This document shows positions 26,240 to 32,030 of a stretch of 64,000 nt of DNA, one piece after another (positions within the stretch are counted from its first letter, which is position 1; each line of letters starts with the position of its first letter). The translations under genes and the position numbers were made by a program. The stretch is from Clostridia bacterium (GTDB lineage Bacteria; Bacillota; Clostridia; Oscillospirales; QAKW01). The DNA is taken from positions 1,267-65,266 of the forward strand of contig JAFSCX010000044.1 in NCBI GenBank assembly GCA_017436525.1, read 5' to 3'. Under the pieces are notes generated by a model. It was not told the DNA's origin. It saw only the letters and a list, made by a program, of their open reading frames with translations, and did not search any database.

Positions 26240-26675
26240 CGTATCCTTCCTTTCTGTCAAAAACTGTACCAATTACTTTGGCACGCTCCGCAAAGAAATT
26301 ATCAAGATCATCAGTTGCACCATTTTCCGTCCAAGCAACCTCAAAGCGACAAAGCGCATCATTCCAACGAACAATGAAATCTTCTCCTTCACCATCATCT
26401 CCGTAAAACCGGCAAATATCTCCTTCAAAGATAATTCCGCGCTTTGCCTTCATTCCGGTGCAGCTTCCTATTGTCTCCGGTATAACATTCCAGATTCGGC
26501 TCTTTTTGCCAAAATTTCGAATATAATAAACGGTTACCTCTCCTTTAGAGGCTACAATTCTTAAGTTACCTTTTACCCACCAACCTTTGATGAGTTGACC
26601 ATTTATGTAAATATTTTCTGATCCGCTTGAATCTTCATGAAATCCACGAAAAACAAATCTACTCTTTGAATTCAT
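26226..26675 (-). CDS. YopX-family phage protein
   Basis: ..VIPETIGSCTGMKAKRGIIFEGDICRF....VIGTVFD matches the YopX pattern (v.peTvgq.TGl.Dk.G..IyEGDI ... viGNi.d). Confidence 0.7.
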   Translation of the reverse strand: MNSKSRFVFRGFHEDSSGSENIYINGQLIKGWWVKGNLRIVASKGEVTVYYIRNFGKKSRIWNVIPETIGSCTGMKAKRGIIFEGDICRFYGDDGEGEDFIVRWNDALCRFEVAWTENGATDDLDNFFAERAKVIGTVFDRKEGYDGIL

Positions 26676-27696
26676 TCATTTCCTCCTTGATTCTTTTATC
26701 CATCGCAACGGATAGATTGTAACAATTTCCATGGGATATGTGATTCTTCCAAGCATTATAGGAAGCATTAAATTTATCTTTAGATAACCTTCCGCTCGCA
26801 ACCAACTTGGCCATTTTCAGATATTTGCGCTGGGCATTTCGCTTATTTTGATTTTTCAGCTTGCGGATCGCTCTGCCATTGGACGTTATATAGGTATGGA
26901 ATCCAAGATAATTAACCCCGTTTTTGAATGGAAATATTTGTGTTTTTTCGTTAAGCGTCAGATCCAGTGTTTTCAAAAACTCTGCGATCACCTCAAGGCA
27001 ATATTTCAGATATTCTTTGCTCGGATGTATTAAGTAGAAATCATCCATATACCTGCCGTAAAACTCTATTCCCAGTTCTCCCGTTATCAGCTTGTCCATG
27101 CCGTCTAAATACAACAGTGCCAAGCCTTGGTTGATCTGATTACCAAGCGGAAGGCCTTTGCCCTCGGTGCTATCAATAAAAAGATTGATCAACCAACAAA
27201 TATCTGGATCATACGAAAAATAAAAATCAACCATATCCTTTAATTGCTCATGGGAGATGTTATAAAAGAATTTTGAGATATCGCATTTAAGGATATAACC
27301 ACTTTTTTCATACCTACCGTAAAAAGCTCTCATCTGATCAGATAATCGATCAAGACCGAAGAGCGTTCCTTTCCCTTTTTGTCCGGCACAATTATCATAC
27401 AGAAACACCTCCTGCAGTTTCGGCAAGAGTACGTTATCGCAAAGGCTATGTTGTACAACCTTATCTTTGAAAGATGTTGTTTTAATGATCCGTTCTTTTG
27501 GCTCATACACCTTAAATTCATGATAATCAGATATCCGGTAGGTTTTATCTTTCAATTGCTGTATCAATGAATTAATTCCATCTAAGGCCATCACATTAAA
27601 CCTTGCGGCACTCTTTTTATAACCCTTGCCGCTTTTGGCTTTACGGTAAGCCTTATACAGATTGTTAAAGTCAATTACTTTCTCAAACTCGGTCAT
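26659..27696 (-). CDS. diversity-generating retroelement (DGR) reverse transcriptase
   Basis: 345 aa with RT motifs, including GLPLGNQINQGLALLYL (DGR-type I/LGxxxSQ-like motif 4) and YGRYMDDFYL (YMDD). It lies immediately 3' of an Avd gene and a TR that matches two VRs. Confidence 0.9.
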   Translation of the reverse strand: MTEFEKVIDFNNLYKAYRKAKSGKGYKKSAARFNVMALDGINSLIQQLKDKTYRISDYHEFKVYEPKERIIKTTSFKDKVVQHSLCDNVLLPKLQEVFLYDNCAGQKGKGTLFGLDRLSDQMRAFYGRYEKSGYILKCDISKFFYNISHEQLKDMVDFYFSYDPDICWLINLFIDSTEGKGLPLGNQINQGLALLYLDGMDKLITGELGIEFYGRYMDDFYLIHPSKEYLKYCLEVIAEFLKTLDLTLNEKTQIFPFKNGVNYLGFHTYITSNGRAIRKLKNQNKRNAQRKYLKMAKLVASGRLSKDKFNASYNAWKNHISHGNCYNLSVAMDKRIKEEMNEFKE

Positions 27697-27806
27697 ACAA
27701 CACGCCTTCTTTTTTGTTTATCCATACGGAAAGGCTGTATGTTCTTTTGATGAAGTGGTGTTCTGATTTCGGCTTTTGCCTACTCTGTCTGACGATCCAC
27801 CAATAC

Positions 27807-27871
27807 GGGCGCACGCCGTTATTGTTGTTGTAGTTGTTGTTATTGTTGATGTTGCCGCGGGGCGAGACACA
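27807..27871 (-). repeat. DGR template repeat (TR)
   Basis: Coding-strand sequence: TGTGTCTCGCCCCGCGGC AAC ATC AAC AAT AAC AAC AAC TAC AAC AAC AAT AAC GGCGTGCGCCCG. There are 22 adenines in the central 36 nt. The invariant flanks are identical to VR1 and VR2. Confidence 0.9.
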
Positions 27872-28268
27872 AAAAATACAACACACAGCCTATATTTAAT
27901 CTTTTTTTCTCTTTGCTCCTCCAAGCAATAGCCATATACTTAACATCAGAAGTAATCTTGGACCAATAAGATGCCGAATGATCCGCAAGCAACCCTAAAT
28001 TCATTGATAATTCAATAAAGAATAGCAGCTCATCGCAATAGGTTATAGCTCTCGTGATAGTTTCACAGCGTTGTCGCTTATCGGTAACATTATTGATCCG
28101 GTTCGCCTCAAAAAGCGTCTCGTAGATCTCCAAGCTCTTAATCTGAATCTTATCTACAAGAGAATGGCGATATTTCTTTGGATATCTATTGCAATTAGAT
28201 GTCAATTTGAAAGAATGTACCGCCAATTCCTTAGCCTTGACGATTACCTTCAATTCAGTATCTGCCAC
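27840..28268 (-). CDS. avd: DGR accessory variability determinant (Avd), four-helix-bundle family
   Basis: 142 aa with a GTG start. ..NRYPKKYRHSLVDKIQIKSLEIYETLFEANRI... resembles Avd and 23S-rRNA-IVS four-helix-bundle proteins. It lies between the targets and the TR, and its 3' end overlaps the TR. Confidence 0.8.
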   Translation of the reverse strand: MADTELKVIVKAKELAVHSFKLTSNCNRYPKKYRHSLVDKIQIKSLEIYETLFEANRINNVTDKRQRCETITRAITYCDELLFFIELSMNLGLLADHSASYWSKITSDVKYMAIAWRSKEKKRLNIGCVLYFLCLAPRQHQQ

Positions 28269-28273
28269 GATCC

Positions 28274-28813
28274 TCAGTCCTCACAAGATACAGAGATTGA
28301 AGATACAAAGCACAAAATCGGGCGCACGCCGAGACAGTCGTCGTTGCAGTCGCCGTCATTGAGGATGCCGCCGCGGGGCGAGACACAAAGTCGCCAAGAA
28401 GGATCACAGTGCGGCAGCGCAGTATCTGCAGTAGCAAGCCACCACCAATCATTTACCTTGTACATATCAAACAAATCAACATGCTTCCGGTAAAAATCAA
28501 AGGTCGGGATGCTGATTTTCGAATTTATTTTTCCATATCCTTTCAAGCCATCCAGCGTTGTAAGATCGGTTTCAAAATCACAAATATTTTCAGCACCCAC
28601 TTCTTTTTCGATCATTGGCAGAAACTCTTTATTCAGCCGTTCTAAAACCTTACTTTTTGAAAAATCATTGTTGCCATACTCAGATTTGAAAGCAACACCC
28701 TTTGCGACAACCGTAATTTTTCCATCATTATCCTCCATCTTGATGAAGGACTCTCCACCTACCCGGAAGGACTTTCCAATTTCAACTTCACTTAATTTAA
28801 CAGTATTTTTCAT
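28274..28813 (-). CDS. DGR target protein 1 (C-type-lectin/FGE-like variable C-terminus)
   Basis: Start at MKNTVKLSEV (28813) behind GGAGG. The C-terminus ..WWWLATAD....CVSPRGGILNDGDCNDDCLGVRP.. carries VR1. Paralogous to target 2. Confidence 0.85.
   Translation of the reverse strand: MKNTVKLSEVEIGKSFRVGGESFIKMEDNDGKITVVAKGVAFKSEYGNNDFSKSKVLERLNKEFLPMIEKEVGAENICDFETDLTTLDGLKGYGKINSKISIPTFDFYRKHVDLFDMYKVNDWWWLATADTALPHCDPSWRLCVSPRGGILNDGDCNDDCLGVRPILCFVSSISVSCED
28320..28387 (-). repeat. DGR variable repeat VR1 (68 nt, one codon longer than TR)
   Basis: Flanks are identical to the TR. All 14 substitutions relative to the TR fall at TR adenines. There is one extra GAC codon in the AAC run. 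Confidence 0.85.
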
Positions 28814-28814
28814 A

Positions 28815-29435
28815 TTATTTTTCCTCCACTTTAGATACAAAGATATTAGAATTTAAGATACAAAACGGGCGCACGCCGCTAATGATGTCGTAGCTGTCGC
28901 TATTGTGGATGCCGCCGCGGGGCGAGACACACTTCACCCATGAACTATTATCATGCTTCGGAGTGCTATATGCCGTAGCAGTCCACCACCAATCGTCGAT
29001 CTTATATTCATCCAGAAGATCAACATATTTTCTATAAAGATTTGCGGTAAGTAAAGACATTTTCCTTTCAATGCTGCCATAACATTTCAAACCATCATCA
29101 GCAGTCAGATTCACCGTATGTTTAATAAGGTTCTCCTCGCCGATGATCTTTTCGATCTCGCACCCAAAATCTTTGCAAATAGCATCTACATTTGAGCCAT
29201 CATAATTGTTGTTTTCACCAAAAAATTCACTATTACGATACAGAGCCTTAAGAATCACCGCCGCGGCATTTTCAGACTGCTCAAGTACGATAAATTCGTA
29301 GTCGCCAACCTTAAATGTTTTCCCTGCCTCAATATCCGCAAGTTTGATTTGCGTTTTTTCAAAGCTACGCTTGATCTCCTCAGCCTGCTCAGCGGTTAAT
29401 TCGATTTTCTTTCCGTTCAACATCATGTAATTCAT
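28815..29435 (-). CDS. DGR target protein 2 (paralog of target 1)
   Basis: 206 aa. The C-terminus ..WWWTATAY....CVSPRGGIHNSDSYDIISGVRP.. carries VR2. Confidence 0.85.
   Translation of the reverse strand: MNYMMLNGKKIELTAEQAEEIKRSFEKTQIKLADIEAGKTFKVGDYEFIVLEQSENAAAVILKALYRNSEFFGENNNYDGSNVDAICKDFGCEIEKIIGEENLIKHTVNLTADDGLKCYGSIERKMSLLTANLYRKYVDLLDEYKIDDWWWTATAYSTPKHDNSSWVKCVSPRGGIHNSDSYDIISGVRPFCILNSNIFVSKVEEK
28867..28931 (-). repeat. DGR variable repeat VR2 (65 nt, same length as TR)
   Basis: 10 substitutions relative to the TR, all at TR adenine positions. Flanks GTGTCTCGCCCCGCGGC and GGCGTGCGCCCG are identical. Confidence 0.9.
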
Positions 29436-29517
29436 TTTCTAAAACTCTCCTTGCAAATATTCTCCCCTCATGCTAAAATATACATGAGGTTCATTCTTGA
29501 CCGTTTGTCCTCGTTTC

Positions 29518-29550
29518 GCCGCTGAGCAGTTCCTTTGCTCAGCGGCTTTT
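29518..29550. terminator. GC-rich hairpin at the upstream edge of the DGR cassette
   Basis: GCCGCTGAGCA-gttcctt-TGCTCAGCGGC, with TTTT on the + strand and AAAA on the other side. Confidence 0.5.
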
Positions 29551-29551
29551 C

Positions 29552-29944
29552 TCATACAATCTCCAAAAATCCGGGGTTATCAATGGCATTGCCGATGATC
29601 TCAAAATTGGAAGATGGCTCTTCAAAGAAATTGATCTGCCGCCCATCCTTGGTCATCAGAGCAAACATTCCATCTTCCTCTGCATATTCCACCACTCCGG
29701 CAAGGCCTCTCTCCTTATCCAGGATAATATCCTGATCGAAGAGTACCCGCTCATCCTTTGCTTGCAACCCGCTGCAGGCGCATACCGTTTTCGGATCCAC
29801 CGGATAGCAGAATACCTTGTCCCCCTCAAAGCCGTAGATCGCAGGACCAATCTCCGGTACCGTCGGATGCTTCGGCAGATAATAGCCTTCCACCCATCCC
29901 TGCGCCGCCTTTCCGCGGCAAATCAAATGCTTCTTCTCGTTCAT
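29552..29944 (-). CDS. YopX-family phage protein (second copy)
   Basis: ..VDPKTVCACSGLQAKDERVLFDQDII....FEIIGNAIDNPGFLE fits the YopX pattern. Confidence 0.65.
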   Translation of the reverse strand: MNEKKHLICRGKAAQGWVEGYYLPKHPTVPEIGPAIYGFEGDKVFCYPVDPKTVCACSGLQAKDERVLFDQDIILDKERGLAGVVEYAEEDGMFALMTKDGRQINFFEEPSSNFEIIGNAIDNPGFLEIV

Positions 29945-30240
29945 TTTTCTTCAACCTCTCTTTCATCATTTGTATTTGCTTCAATGAACATAAAAGCCAA
30001 AAATAATCCGGCGCCGCCCACCATAAATAGCGGCACCCGCCAAAGCGGTCCCTCATAGCTGCAGGCCGCCACCGTGAAAATCCCCGAAAGGATCATCCCC
30101 ATCATGCTCAAGCCATTCACCATCAGCCGCATCACCGGCCGCCATCCTCGGCGGTCTTTTTCTTTTTTTAGTATGTATAGATTTTTCATCCTTAAGCTTG
30201 TCCTTCCCAAGCGCCTGAGGCGCTTTTTAGATAAATCCAT
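29941..30240 (-). CDS. small membrane protein (start uncertain)
   Basis: Two hydrophobic segments (LSMMGMILSGIFTVAA, VPLFMVGGAGLFLAFMFI). 4-bp overlap downstream. Confidence 0.4.
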   Translation of the reverse strand: MDLSKKRLRRLGRTSLRMKNLYILKKEKDRRGWRPVMRLMVNGLSMMGMILSGIFTVAACSYEGPLWRVPLFMVGGAGLFLAFMFIEANTNDEREVEEK

Positions 30241-30526
30241 GCTCCCGATCGTATTCCTTCACCATCTCACTCTGGCAGAATTTATGATATTCCTCCGGAT
30301 GATCCGTCCAATATTGGCTGATCACCTTCGAGAGCCGCCGCTCCCGCTTTGCTTTATGCGCTGCCTTCTGCTCCTCGCTCATTTCCTCAAAGCGGATATA
30401 CTTCTGATCCCGCTCCTCCGGCGCCACATCCTCATAATTCAGATCCTCCTCCGGATTCCTTGGAAAATAACAAACGCAGGGCAGAATATCATTCCGCTTA
30501 CGCTTCTTCTTTGTCTCGGCCATCAT
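30227..30526 (-). CDS. hypothetical early protein (charged, 99 aa)
   Basis: First ORF after the cro-like gene on the early (-) strand transcript. Confidence 0.35.
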   Translation of the reverse strand: MMAETKKKRKRNDILPCVCYFPRNPEEDLNYEDVAPEERDQKYIRFEEMSEEQKAAHKAKRERRLSKVISQYWTDHPEEYHKFCQSEMVKEYDREHGFI

Positions 30527-30586
30527 CAGCCCTCCTTTCTTATTACCTCTATTCCGCCCACCGCTTGGCCTATGCCCTGAACTTCC

Positions 30587-30775
30587 TTAGCCTTCCACAC
30601 CATAAAGCTCATCCAAGGTGCACCCCAACGCCCTCGCCAACTCCGGCAGCTGCTTCGCACGAGGACTCCGCACACCGCTCTCCCACTGACAAACCGTTGT
30701 CTGCCCCACCTTCATCACTTGGGCTAACTCACTTTGAGTTAGCCCTTTTTCTTTTCGAATTTCTTTAATCCTCAA
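30587..30775 (-). CDS. Cro-like XRE-family HTH regulator
   Basis: TTG start (30775) lies 7 nt after AGGAGG. LRIKEIRKEKGLTQSELAQVMKVGQTTVCQWESG is a canonical XRE HTH. The longer ORF-track start was rejected. Confidence 0.75.
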   Translation of the reverse strand: MRIKEIRKEKGLTQSELAQVMKVGQTTVCQWESGVRSPRAKQLPELARALGCTLDELYGVEG

Positions 30776-30813
30776 GTCATCACCTCCTAAAAAGCAAAAT
30801 ATTCTTTCGCTCT

Positions 30814-30831
30814 GTGATATTAAAATATCAC
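30814..30831. promoter_or_regulatory. operator: perfect 18-bp palindrome overlapping the early-promoter -10
   Basis: GTGATATTAAAATATCAC. Related half-sites TTGTGATAT (30905-30913) and TTGTGAGAAT (30866-30875) are present. Minus-strand promoter: TTGACA (30845-30850), 17 nt, TGaTATTTT (-10 at 30822-30827). Confidence 0.65.
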
Positions 30832-30887
30832 GATATGAAAGATTTGTCAAGTATTTTATTTCGTTTTGTGAGAATTTTCTTTTTGTG

Positions 30888-30916
30888 TTGATTTGCTTCA
30901 CATTTTGTGATATTTT
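30888..30916 (+). promoter_or_regulatory. candidate repressor (cI-like) promoter
   Basis: TTGATT, 17 nt, TGaTATTTT (extended -10), with the -10 overlapped by the GTGATAT half-site. Confidence 0.5.
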
Positions 30917-30941
30917 TAGAATTATAAGGAGGCGAGTTATT

Positions 30942-31367
30942 ATGTTTGAAAAAAATCTCAAGCAATTACGAAAAGAAAGAAATCTCACCCAAACCGAATT
31001 GGCACTTCATCTTCGGGTTTCTCTGGGCGCTATTGGTAATTGGGAAGCAGGAAACCGTACACCCGATGCACAAATGCTTTTAACCATCGCTGACTATTTC
31101 GGCGTTTCTACAGATCGCCTTTTGCGTGATCCAAATTTCACAGACACCCCTTTCTCCCAAAAAGAAAAACGGTTGATCTCTGCATATAGAAATCAACCGG
31201 ATATTCAATTAGCGGTAGATCGGCTCTTGGGGGTTGATACCCCACTGAAATTAATATCGGAAAATAAAAGCGCGGCTTTGGGAGGAGACGAGACCCCAAT
31301 TATCTCCAATGCAAGTTCTAACGAAATTGCATCAACAATCAGAAAAATAAAAAAAGAAGGGGAATAA
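30942..31367 (+). CDS. CI/ImmR-like XRE-family repressor
   Basis: ATG 30942 behind AAGGAGG. MFEKNLKQLRKERNLTQTELALHLRVSLGAIGNWEAGNRTP is an XRE HTH, followed by a C-terminal extension. Divergent from the cro-like gene. Confidence 0.8.
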   Translation: MFEKNLKQLRKERNLTQTELALHLRVSLGAIGNWEAGNRTPDAQMLLTIADYFGVSTDRLLRDPNFTDTPFSQKEKRLISAYRNQPDIQLAVDRLLGVDTPLKLISENKSAALGGDETPIISNASSNEIASTIRKIKKEGE

Positions 31368-31373
31368 ATTAAA

Positions 31374-31961
31374 ATGAATTTAGCAGAATTAGCTCAGAAA
31401 TTATATTTCGACGCTAAAAAGAGAACCCCTTTTACAGTTTCACCAGAAACCTTTCGATCACTTGCCGAACATTCCTTTTATACCGAAGATGAAATTAACG
31501 AAATGATTGTGAATTGTAATTTTCATATATGGAGTAGACGAACAACGCGTTTCTTAGCAAGAGCAAGCGAATATGGCATTTATTTTTCATGCCGCAACAA
31601 AACCACCATATCTGAATTAAAAAGTGCCATGGAGCAAACTTCTTCCTTGTTAAAAAGCGAAATTTCAATAAGTGCACATTTAAGCACAATGGATATCCAT
31701 CATCAAGTTGACATCGAGCTTGATAATATCGCTCGCATTTACATTTATCATCAAAACCGAATTATTTATTCAAACAAGCACTTTTTTAATAAACATGGCA
31801 AAACGATCTTCGAAAAAGAAATTGCTCTGCGCAAAGAATTAGAGACCGAAGAAACTCAACGGATTGCAGCAGAGGGCGGCACTACCATTCCCGTAACCCC
31901 AAAAGTAGACGAAAATACTTTAGTCCAGCTATATAAAAAGGCTTCGAAAGAGAAAAAATAA
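31374..31961 (+). CDS. hypothetical protein (195 aa) in the lysogeny operon
   Basis: AT-rich ORF 6 nt after the repressor gene. No motif recognised. Confidence 0.5.
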   Translation: MNLAELAQKLYFDAKKRTPFTVSPETFRSLAEHSFYTEDEINEMIVNCNFHIWSRRTTRFLARASEYGIYFSCRNKTTISELKSAMEQTSSLLKSEISISAHLSTMDIHHQVDIELDNIARIYIYHQNRIIYSNKHFFNKHGKTIFEKEIALRKELETEETQRIAAEGGTTIPVTPKVDENTLVQLYKKASKEKK

Positions 31962-32030
31962 ATAGAACTATAGATTTTCGACATTATTTGCGGTAACCTT
32001 AAGTTAAATCATTATTAACGGAGGTTACCC

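Noticed and set aside
26659-27696. The reverse transcriptase could be a retron, group II intron or Abi-type defence RT.
   Set aside because: An Avd-like gene, a TR with adenine-only mismatches to two VRs, and the LGNQINQ motif all point to a DGR. I saw no intron RNA domains, maturase/endonuclease extension, or msr/msd-like inverted repeats.
27683-27924. ORFs 27683-27886 (poly-Asn, MCCIFCVSPRGNINNNNNYNNNNGVRP...) and 27718-27924 (poly-Thr) look like odd low-complexity proteins.
   Set aside because: They are simply translations of the DGR template repeat and its flanks. The region is the non-coding TR/spacer RNA between avd and the RT. No RBS is present, and the sequence is explained by TR/VR homology.
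27807-28931. Three ~65-nt near-identical repeats could be a CRISPR-like array.
   Set aside because: The spacing is irregular (about 450-480 bp), and the repeats lie inside protein-coding 3' ends. They differ only at adenine positions, which makes them DGR TR/VRs rather than CRISPR repeats.
30885-30941. The upstream extension of the repressor ORF (MLICFTFCDIFRIIRRRVI...), and the long 133-aa version of the cro-like ORF (30587-30988).
   Set aside because: Both extensions run through the promoter/operator region. Good RBS-start pairs exist at 30942 (AAGGAGG-ATG) and 30775 (AGGAGG-7 nt-TTG), immediately before the HTH domains.
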